This document shows, piece after piece, positions 1 through 5,549 of a DNA stretch of 10,158 nt. Location of the stretch: the IMG/VR virus record IMGVR_UViG_3300042731_004120; one strand, given 5' to 3'. The notes beneath the pieces were generated by a model that had not been told where the DNA came from, searched no databases, and saw only the letters and a list, made by a program, of their open reading frames with translations. The first letter of the stretch is position 1. Each line of letters opens with the position of its first letter. The position numbers and the translations under genes are program-made. This DNA is from a virus.

Positions 1-2
1 AG

Positions 3-149
3 TTCGCCAAGGTGTACGACGGGTGGGGCGTGGTGACCGAGGCCATGATCATGATCGTAGAGGGCGAGGGCGAGGCGCGGGTGAGCCTCAGAATACGGGG
101 TTGGCGGACAATCCCCAAGGAGCAGGACGATGGGCGGACATCTGATTGA
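3..149 (+). CDS. 3' end of an upstream CDS (C-terminal fragment, ...FAKVYDGWGVVTEAMIMIVEGEGEARVSLRIRGWRTIPKEQDDGRTSD*). Hypothetical protein.
   Basis: Frame 3 is open from the window edge to TGA at 147-149 and shows strong GC3 bias. It overlaps the next gene's start by 20 nt. It is missing from the ORF track because it has no start inside the window. Confidence 0.45.
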   Translation, partial: FAKVYDGWGVVTEAMIMIVEGEGEARVSLRIRGWRTIPKEQDDGRTSD

Positions 150-333
150 GAACGCGGTGGCGATCAAGAACAGCGATAGCGGCAAGGCGTTGCTGGTCGA
201 GGCCCCGGACTTTGACAAGCCCGAGTGGATTCCTCACAGCCAGATCCGGGACGAGAGCGAGGTGTACAAGCCTGGGACGTCTGGGAACCTGGTGGTGACC
301 GAGTGGTTTGCCGAGCAACGGGGATGGGTATGA
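130..333 (+). CDS. Hypothetical small protein (67 aa).
   Basis: ATG at 130 is preceded by AAGGAG at 116-121 with 8-nt spacing. GC3 bias is strong. The stop TGA at 331-333 overlaps the next ATG (ATGA). Confidence 0.7.
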   Translation: MGGHLIENAVAIKNSDSGKALLVEAPDFDKPEWIPHSQIRDESEVYKPGTSGNLVVTEWFAEQRGWV

Positions 334-539
334 GCAAGGTGTATGACGAGCGACCGACGCGCAACGGGTCGGCAGCGCAGAAGGCGTGGGACTACCTGGT
401 CAAGAACAACCGGCGCAACTCGATGATCAGGATGCAGTACGTCGAGGCGCAGAAGGGCTGGGAGGCCAAGATGACCGCGAGCTGCCCCTACGTGTCGAGG
501 CCGGTCACGCGGTTCGTCGCGTCGAGGAGCCTGCGTTAA
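330..539 (+). CDS. Hypothetical small protein (about 69 aa, MSKVYDERPTRNG...).
   Basis: ATG at 330 overlaps the upstream stop (ATGA), and GGGGA lies 6 nt upstream. GC3 bias is strong and the ORF ends at TAA 537-539. The track's longer 225 start would overlap the previous gene and is rejected. Confidence 0.65.
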   Translation: MSKVYDERPTRNGSAAQKAWDYLVKNNRRNSMIRMQYVEAQKGWEAKMTASCPYVSRPVTRFVASRSLR

Positions 540-543
540 GCGT

Positions 544-561
544 GCCGCATTCGAGTGCGGC
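544..561 (+). other. Intergenic hairpin: GCCGCA / loop TTCGAG / TGCGGC. Possible RNA structure or weak terminator between genes.
   Basis: A perfect 6-bp inverted repeat read directly from the sequence. It sits between the stop at 539 and the RBS AAAGGA at 564-569. No T-tract follows it. Confidence 0.3.
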
Positions 562-576
562 GGAAAGGATTGTGAC

Positions 577-1065
577 ATGGACACGAGCAGGCTCAAGGCG
601 GTGCTCCAGTCCGGGCTCGACTGGATATGGGAGTCGGAGCACCCCGAGGGCGCTCTCATCCAGCACCACGGCATCTGGTGTACCGAGGGGCCGTTCCTGG
701 ATGGCCGCGTGAAGCTGCGAATCATCCCCGAGGGCCACAAGACGGGCCCGGTCGTGGTGTTCGACCTGCACGAGAAGGAGTACGGGCCCGAGTACGAGCT
801 GCTCAACCCGTTCACCAAGGATGAGATTGATTTACTGAGGAGCCTGGTCGTGGCCTGTGGCAGTGACGTCGTGGACGAGTGGAATGGCGAGGGGTACGCG
901 ACGGTCAGCCTGTCGCCAGCCAGACGGGCCTCACACGGCGTTCTACAGCTCGTGGATACCTACAGGCAGGGTTGCCCCGAACACCCCAGGAAGGGCGTGT
1001 TCTGCAACTGTGGATGGTTCTCAGCGGGCAAGGACAAGGTAAGGTTCCCAGAGGGCTGGCATTGA
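577..1065 (+). CDS. Hypothetical protein (162 aa) with a C-terminal Cys/His cluster (GCPEHPRKGVFCNCGW).
   Basis: ATG at 577 with RBS AAAGGA 7 nt upstream. GC3 bias is strong throughout and the stop is TGA 1063-1065. Confidence 0.8.
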   Translation: MDTSRLKAVLQSGLDWIWESEHPEGALIQHHGIWCTEGPFLDGRVKLRIIPEGHKTGPVVVFDLHEKEYGPEYELLNPFTKDEIDLLRSLVVACGSDVVDEWNGEGYATVSLSPARRASHGVLQLVDTYRQGCPEHPRKGVFCNCGWFSAGKDKVRFPEGWH

Positions 1066-1214
1066 GCAAGGACCCACACTCCTTGTGGAGTGCCTGGAAG
1101 ACCCTGCTCGGGTTCGTCTTTACCAGGTACAGGCGACGGTACCGGCAACGACGGGAAACAGTGAGAGCGGAATTACAACGGGGGTCTGAGCAAGAAGAAG
1201 GGAGGGAAACGGGC
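1066..1214 (+). promoter_or_regulatory. Non-coding gap of about 150 bp. It is lower-GC and A-rich, carries several hairpins, and is a candidate promoter / regulatory or processing region.
   Basis: No frame here shows GC3 bias. Hairpins: CACTCC-TTGT-GGAGTG at 1077-1092, and CCAGGTAC...GTACCGG around 1119-1143. An A-rich stretch lies at about 1240-1250. It is the only sizeable non-coding stretch in the first 8 kb. Confidence 0.3.
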
Positions 1215-1478
1215 GTGCCAAAAGAAAGATCGACGGGCAAAAAAAGCATCGACAAATATGAGCCGCCCGATAGACGTCTGACCGAGGGCGGGTGGTGGCG
1301 CAGGAAACTACCGCCGTTCGACCGGGCTCGTGTGCTCAAGGTTGGGGTCGCGGGCAAGACCGAGTTCAAGGGCGAGATGGTGGTCCGACTCAAGATGCAG
1401 TCGGGTGAGACACTGAACTATCTGGAGGATGATTTCCTCCTGTTGTTCGAGCCGATCATATCGGCAGTGGAGGGCTAG
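1215..1478 (+). CDS. Hypothetical small protein; the start is uncertain (GTG 1215, with alternatives GTG 1332 or ATG 1375).
   Basis: The 3' portion of track ORF 879..1478 shows GC3 bias and protein-like sequence (…KTEFKGEMVVRLKMQSGETLNYLEDDFLLLFEPIISAVEG). GGAGGG at 1200-1205 lies 9 nt before GTG 1215. The 5' two-thirds of the track ORF overlaps the 577..1065 gene and is R/G-rich junk. Confidence 0.45.
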   Translation: MPKERSTGKKSIDKYEPPDRRLTEGGWWRRKLPPFDRARVLKVGVAGKTEFKGEMVVRLKMQSGETLNYLEDDFLLLFEPIISAVEG

Positions 1479-1664
1479 ATGATCGAGTACGTGACCATCG
1501 TCGGTGGCCAGGGCATGACCGAGGCGGAGCAGGAGAGGTGCTTCTGTGAGTGCTCGGAGTGCGGGAGTGTGGCAGAGGAGCACATCCGGGTGGATGACGT
1601 CTTGTACTGCGTCGAGTGCGCGGTCGGTGTGTGGAATGATGAGCGAGCCAAGAAGGAGGACTAG
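1479..1664 (+). CDS. Small zinc-ribbon protein (61 aa; CFCECSECG...CVECA).
   Basis: TAGATG start/stop overlap and GGAGGG upstream. Two CxxC pairs with the spacing typical of a Zn ribbon. GC3 bias. Confidence 0.75.
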   Translation: MIEYVTIVGGQGMTEAEQERCFCECSECGSVAEEHIRVDDVLYCVECAVGVWNDERAKKED

Positions 1665-1832
1665 ATGGCAACGTGGGAAAGCATGACAGAGGAAGCATTG
1701 AAGCGCCTGGTCGAGGGCGTGCGTGGTGGCAAGTACGGGCGCGGTGACGAGTTCGACGTGGAGGCGTTCATCGAGGACGGCGATGCGGAGATCGAGGCGC
1801 TCAGGGAGGCGAAGGACTCCGAGGGGGGCTAG
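1665..1832 (+). CDS. Small acidic hypothetical protein (55 aa, MATWESMTEEALKRLVEG...).
   Basis: ATG at 1665 directly follows TAG 1662-1664 and has a strong RBS, AAGGAGGA, 6 nt upstream. The frame is open to TAG 1830-1832, which abuts the next ATG. It is below the ORF-track length cutoff. Confidence 0.6.
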   Translation: MATWESMTEEALKRLVEGVRGGKYGRGDEFDVEAFIEDGDAEIEALREAKDSEGG

Positions 1833-2414
1833 ATGGACTGTCCAGAGTGTGGCTGTGAGATGAGAGGCGATGGTCGGGGGTTCGCCGTGTGCATTCCGTG
1901 TTTGCATCGGGAGAGCAACGGGCGGAAGGACAGGATCGACGTGCTGTTTTTCGAGAACGAGACGCGGACTCACCAGTTGGAGGTGGCTGCCCGGCTCATG
2001 ACCGTGGCCCGGCTGTTGCTCAAGCGAGCGGTGAGGCACGACGCGAGCAAGCTCCAGAGTGGCGAGCGGGACACGTTCATTCGTGTGACTCCCCGGCTCA
2101 AGGAGCTGGACTACGGGTCGGATGCGTACAATGCCCAGCTCAAGGACATGAAGCTGGCGCTGGAGCACCACTACCTGGAGAACGCCCATCACCCGGAGCA
2201 CTACAGCGAGGCGGGGGTCAACGGCATGAACCTGGTAGACGTCGTGGAGATGTTCTGTGATTGGTGCGCGGCGGTGAAGCGTCACGACTCGGGCGACATC
2301 CAGGAGAGTATTGAGCACAACGAGGTCCGGTTCGGTATCAGTCCTCAGTTGAGCCAGATCTTCCGCAACACGGTCGAGCGGTTCCCTGCGATCGAGCACG
2401 GTGGGGAGCGATGA
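1833..2414 (+). CDS. N-terminal zinc ribbon fused to an HD-domain phosphohydrolase, probably YfbR/OxsA-like 5'-deoxynucleotidase family.
   Basis: CPECGC...CIPC at the N-terminus. 'THQLEVAARLMTVARLL' then 'RHDASK' then 'EHHYLENAHHPEH' then 'VDVVEMFCDW' gives an H...HD...H..H...D order. This resembles the YfbR motifs 'EHSLQVAMVAHALA' and 'YHDASE', which I recall from memory. GGGGGG RBS upstream and an ATGA overlap with the next gene. Confidence 0.75.
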   Translation: MDCPECGCEMRGDGRGFAVCIPCLHRESNGRKDRIDVLFFENETRTHQLEVAARLMTVARLLLKRAVRHDASKLQSGERDTFIRVTPRLKELDYGSDAYNAQLKDMKLALEHHYLENAHHPEHYSEAGVNGMNLVDVVEMFCDWCAAVKRHDSGDIQESIEHNEVRFGISPQLSQIFRNTVERFPAIEHGGER

Positions 2415-2605
2415 AAAACCGGGCGTGGCGCAAGCTGGCTCACAGGTGTCGGTACCGGACACGAGATGGTAGCAGGAGGCCCCCGTACCTTGGGCACTGG
2501 CTCTGTGGGTATGGCATGGTCACTCGCTGTATGCAGCGCGTGTGTCCGATGGACGAGTGGTGGGACAAGGGCTCGGGCCAGGAGGCGTTGCACAAGGAGG
2601 GTTAG
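2411..2605 (+). CDS. Small Cys/Trp-rich basic hypothetical protein (64 aa).
   Basis: ATGA overlap with the upstream stop and GGGGAG upstream. Moderate GC3 bias. Ends at TAG 2603-2605, abutting the next ATG. Confidence 0.55.
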   Translation: MKNRAWRKLAHRCRYRTRDGSRRPPYLGHWLCGYGMVTRCMQRVCPMDEWWDKGSGQEALHKEG

Positions 2606-2848
2606 ATGGAGCTGTACATCCCTACAACGTGGCTCGTATTGGTGCTGGCCGGGCTCGGCGTGGCCCTGGTGTTCTTCTTGATCGGTCGGGCGTGTGGTAG
2701 GCGGGTCGAGAACAAGAAGTGGCTGGCGTTCATCGAGGCGCAGTGTCGGATGAGCTTCGGGCACAGCCAGGAGAATCCCCTGGAGTCGATATTGGCAGAG
2801 CGCAGTGCAGCGAGAGAGAGACGTCTGCACAGGAGGGACGAGCGATGA
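2606..2848 (+). CDS. Small membrane protein (80 aa). It has one N-terminal TM helix (WLVLVLAGLGVALVFFLIG) followed by a basic cytoplasmic tail.
   Basis: TAGATG junction with an excellent RBS, AAGGAGGG, at 2595-2601. A hydrophobic 20-aa stretch follows the start. GC3 bias. Confidence 0.7.
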   Translation: MELYIPTTWLVLVLAGLGVALVFFLIGRACGRRVENKKWLAFIEAQCRMSFGHSQENPLESILAERSAARERRLHRRDER

Positions 2849-3180
2849 GGGAAGACGAACTGAGAAAGAGATCAACGTGCGGGCTGTGCGGTAAGAAGAT
2901 AGGGGAAGCGGGCACGCCCATGTTCTATACGGTGAAGGTCGAGCGGCACATCGTGGACTTGCAGGCGGTTCAGCGGCAGACCGGGCTCGCCATGATGCTC
3001 GGTGGTGCGGCACCGTTGGCCAGGGTCATGGGCCCGGACGAGGAGATGACCAAATCACTTCCGTCGTTCGAGTTCACGGTGTGTGGCGGTTGCGATACCA
3101 AGTCGCGCAGCATTGCCGCGCTGGAGGAACGATTCCTACATGGCAACGAGTTGGACGGGGAGGACGAGGATGAGCACTAG
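2845..3180 (+). CDS. Zinc-ribbon hypothetical protein (111 aa; CGLCGK ... CGGCD), with an acidic C-terminus.
   Basis: ATG 2845 overlaps the upstream TGA (ATGA), with GGAGGG 9 nt upstream. GC3 bias begins only at 2845, so the track's 2719 start is rejected. Confidence 0.7.
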   Translation: MREDELRKRSTCGLCGKKIGEAGTPMFYTVKVERHIVDLQAVQRQTGLAMMLGGAAPLARVMGPDEEMTKSLPSFEFTVCGGCDTKSRSIAALEERFLHGNELDGEDEDEH

Positions 3181-3454
3181 ACCAAGGCTTATGGGCTATC
3201 GCCCGCCGGACGAGAAGTGGAAAAAAATGAAAGAGGTGTGGGACGCTTGCAACGCGGCGGGCGTCGATGTGCCTCAAGAGGTAGGCGAGTTCTTCGAGTG
3301 GGAAACCCCGGCAGAAGAAGGCGTGGAAGTCGATATTGAGAAGCACGAGTGCTGTGCGACGATGGGTCGAGAGTTCGAGCCGACCGGCTTCATCGTGGAC
3401 GTGACCAAGCTGCCGAAGGACGTGACGCTGCTCAGGTTCTTGGCCTACTACTAG
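3170..3454 (+). CDS. Hypothetical protein (94 aa, MSTRPRLMGYRPPDEKWKK...).
   Basis: ATG 3170 overlaps the upstream gene by 11 nt, with GGAGGA upstream. GC3 bias. The track's 3083 start lies inside the previous gene and is rejected. Confidence 0.65.
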   Translation: MSTRPRLMGYRPPDEKWKKMKEVWDACNAAGVDVPQEVGEFFEWETPAEEGVEVDIEKHECCATMGREFEPTGFIVDVTKLPKDVTLLRFLAYY

Positions 3455-3462
3455 GAGACGTC

Positions 3463-4473
3463 ATGGGAGAGATGGATAGCAAACGGTTGGCCGAGGAGAA
3501 CCGAATCCTGGAGGTGAGGGTCGGCTCGCATCTGTTCGGCACGGACAATGAGGACTCGGACCTGGATCTGGTCGGCGTGTACATGCCGTGGGATGACATC
3601 CTGTTCGGCGTGCGGTCCAAGAACGAGGTGGACCTGAGCGTCCAGGTCAAGGACGATACGGGACGCAATCTGCCGGAGTCCGTGGACAGGAAGTTCCACG
3701 ACATTCGCAAGTTCTTCCGGCTGTGCATCAAGGGCGCTCCGAACATCCTGCATGTGCTCATGGCGGACGAGCGGAACATCGTCTACAAGGACCCGTTCGG
3801 CTTCGCAGACCGGCTCATGGCCAAGGGCCCGGAGTTCATCTCGCTGGAGGCGCACGAGCGGTTCCTGGGCTACGCCAAGGCCCAGCGCCACAAGATGAAG
3901 ATCAAGCCCGAGAACTACCGGCAGTTGGAGGTTGGTCTGGAAGTGCTGTCGTGCTTCCAGGATCACATGGTCTTGGCAGACGTCGTGGCCGACAGTGCCC
4001 GGTGGGAAAAGACCGGAGCGTTCAAGGACGAGGGCCAGGGCAAGCACGTCAAGTGCGGGGATCTGAGTATCGAGCGCGGGACGTTCGTGAAGAAGGCCAG
4101 GAAGATGATTGAGCACCGGCTGTCCAGGGCCACGAACCGCGCCGTGTTGTTCACCAAGTACGGGTACGACGTGAAGTTCGCCAGCAACCTCATCCAGCTT
4201 CTCCTGGAGCTGAACGAGCTGGTAGAGACGGGCTGGATCGAGATGCCGTTGACCTACGCGCAGGACATTCTGGACATCAAGGCTGGCAAGTACCCGGTCG
4301 AGTACATTGACGAGTGGTCGGAGAAGCTGATCCTCGAAGCCGAGATGTTGGCCCAGGACAGTCCGCTGCCAGCACATCCCCCGTGGGACGATCTACACGA
4401 CTGGCTCATGTGCGAGGTGTGGAAGTGGGTGAGTCATCACACCAAGTATTGGGGTCAATCTCTCGAAGGTTGA
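3463..4473 (+). CDS. Pol-beta superfamily nucleotidyltransferase (337 aa). It resembles the PF10127-type 'predicted nucleotidyltransferase' common in actinophages.
   Basis: 'RVGSHLFGTDNEDSDLDLVGVY' matches the [GS]-x9-13-DxD minimal nucleotidyltransferase signature, with a large helical C-terminal region. ATG 3463 has GGAGA 4 nt upstream, directly after the TAG of the previous gene. The track's 3349 start overlaps the previous gene and is rejected. Confidence 0.85.
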   Translation: MGEMDSKRLAEENRILEVRVGSHLFGTDNEDSDLDLVGVYMPWDDILFGVRSKNEVDLSVQVKDDTGRNLPESVDRKFHDIRKFFRLCIKGAPNILHVLMADERNIVYKDPFGFADRLMAKGPEFISLEAHERFLGYAKAQRHKMKIKPENYRQLEVGLEVLSCFQDHMVLADVVADSARWEKTGAFKDEGQGKHVKCGDLSIERGTFVKKARKMIEHRLSRATNRAVLFTKYGYDVKFASNLIQLLLELNELVETGWIEMPLTYAQDILDIKAGKYPVEYIDEWSEKLILEAEMLAQDSPLPAHPPWDDLHDWLMCEVWKWVSHHTKYWGQSLEG

Positions 4474-4543
4474 CGAATTCGAGTGCGCCTGGTAGAGTCT
4501 GGGTCCTAGCCTGGCGAGAGCCAGAGGAAGTCCGGGGTGAATC

Positions 4544-4825
4544 ATGGAATCCAAGACGTCTAACGACACGCGAGAAGTGACCGTCAAGCTGGAGTCTGGT
4601 GCGGTCAACACGGTCGATACGAACGGCGAGCTGTGCAACCACGGCAAGCTCTGTCGGTGGCTGGGCATGGATTACGGGTTCGACAAGTGCACGCTGTTCA
4701 ACGAGCTGGTGCACCAGCACATCATGGGCAAGAAGGTCGGCAAGATCGACCGGCTCGACGTGTGCAAGCAGGCCGAGGCCAGGTTCGCTGGCAAGCTGCC
4801 GATGGAGGGCGGTCATGGACGCTGA
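4544..4825 (+). CDS. Hypothetical protein (93 aa).
   Basis: ATG 4544 follows a 70-bp gap with GGGGTGA upstream. GC3 bias. It overlaps the next gene by 11 nt. Confidence 0.7.
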   Translation: MESKTSNDTREVTVKLESGAVNTVDTNGELCNHGKLCRWLGMDYGFDKCTLFNELVHQHIMGKKVGKIDRLDVCKQAEARFAGKLPMEGGHGR

Positions 4826-5549
4826 GAAAATCAAGCCCCCGATCATCGACGGGCGCGAGGTGAAAGTCGGCGACAAGCTGGAGGGCATCGTGGAGTGGAC
4901 CGGGCGCGACCAGTATCTCGAAGGCGTGGTGTCCGAGATCACGAAGTACGAGATCGTGATCGACACGCCGCAAGGCGAGATTCGAGCGCAGCGGTCGAAG
5001 GTCTGCGACCCGGAGCCGATGAACGTGTTCACGGGCTGTACCGAGTGCGGCAAGAACACCGACAGGCTCACGACGGACAGGGAGCTGCCGGGCAAGCGAT
5101 TTTGTGTCGAGTGCTGGGACTCGTATCGCAGAGCGCATCCCAAGGTCATCGTGCTGTGCGGCAGCTCGCGGTTCGTAGACGTCATGGCCGTGTGCGCGTG
5201 GCTCTTGGAGAAGAACGAGGGCGCGATCGTGATGGGGCTCCACCTGTTGCCAGCCTGGTACAGCGAGGAGTCGATACCGGACCACCTGGCCGAGCACGAG
5301 GGTGTGGCCGAGCAGATGGACGAGCTTCACTTGCGGAAGATCGACATGGCGGACGAGGTGTTCGTCGTGAACGTCAAACACTACATCGGCGACAGCACGA
5401 CACGAGAGGTGGAGTACGCCAAGGACAAGGGCGTTCCGATTCGCTGGTACACGGATGACCCGATGGGCGAGCGAGTCCAGAACATGATCGAGGAGTTCCT
5501 CAAGAAGCACGAGCGGGGCGACCCGACGATGAAAGTGAGCAGGCGATGA
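4815..5549 (+). CDS. Zinc-ribbon (CTECGK...CVEC) fused to a Rossmann-like DUF4406 / nucleoside 2-deoxyribosyltransferase-like (SLOG superfamily) domain. 244 aa.
   Basis: ATG 4815 has GGAGGG 5 nt upstream. 'KVIVLCGSSRF' then 'DEVFVVNVKHYIGDSTTREVEYAKDKGVPIRWY' matches the DUF4406 pattern I recall (IYxxGP ... CDAIYxLpGWexSxGaxxExxxAxxxGxpV). The stop overlaps the RtcB start (ATGA). The track's 4599 start is rejected. Confidence 0.8.
   Translation: MDAEKIKPPIIDGREVKVGDKLEGIVEWTGRDQYLEGVVSEITKYEIVIDTPQGEIRAQRSKVCDPEPMNVFTGCTECGKNTDRLTTDRELPGKRFCVECWDSYRRAHPKVIVLCGSSRFVDVMAVCAWLLEKNEGAIVMGLHLLPAWYSEESIPDHLAEHEGVAEQMDELHLRKIDMADEVFVVNVKHYIGDSTTREVEYAKDKGVPIRWYTDDPMGERVQNMIEEFLKKHERGDPTMKVSRR

Noticed and set aside
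1066-1214. A possible tRNA in the intergenic gap (a GGGTTCGTC T-loop-like string).
   Set aside because: No complementary acceptor or T stems flank it and there is no cloverleaf.
879-1478. The 199-aa + strand ORF starting at ATG 879.
   Set aside because: Its first ~60% overlaps the well-supported 577..1065 gene in another frame and is R/G-rich with no GC3 bias. Only the 3' part, from about 1215, looks coding.
2370-2414. A HEPN-like Rx5H motif (RFPAIEH) at the C-terminus of the 1833..2414 protein. It would suggest a HEPN/MNT toxin-antitoxin pair with the downstream nucleotidyltransferase.
   Set aside because: The two genes are separated by four ORFs. The protein is better explained as an HD-domain hydrolase, and a single Rx5H string is weak evidence.
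1308-2462. Long minus-strand ORFs in the track (1308..2462, 2345..3013, 3451..4377, 4406..5185, 4722..5510, 5933..6493, 6724..7356, 7206..8051, 8527..9816, 9798..10154).
   Set aside because: They are antisense to + strand genes that show strong GC3 bias and recognisable domains (RtcB, ThyX, the nucleotidyltransferase, MVP repeats). Their translations are Arg/Pro/Leu-rich and low-complexity, as is typical of shadow ORFs in high-GC DNA.
4474-4543. A short CTGGC-GAGA-GCCAG hairpin and EcoRI/AatII-type palindromes in the intergenic gaps.
   Set aside because: The stems are only 5 bp and the palindromes are simple restriction-site-sized, which is expected by chance. No T-tract or repeated occurrence is present.
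4599-5549. Upstream-extended starts offered by the track (4599, 3349, 3083, 2719, 225, 8018).
   Set aside because: Each extension overlaps the preceding gene and lacks codon bias. In every case an internal ATG with an RBS and/or an ATGA/TAGATG junction gives a cleaner start.
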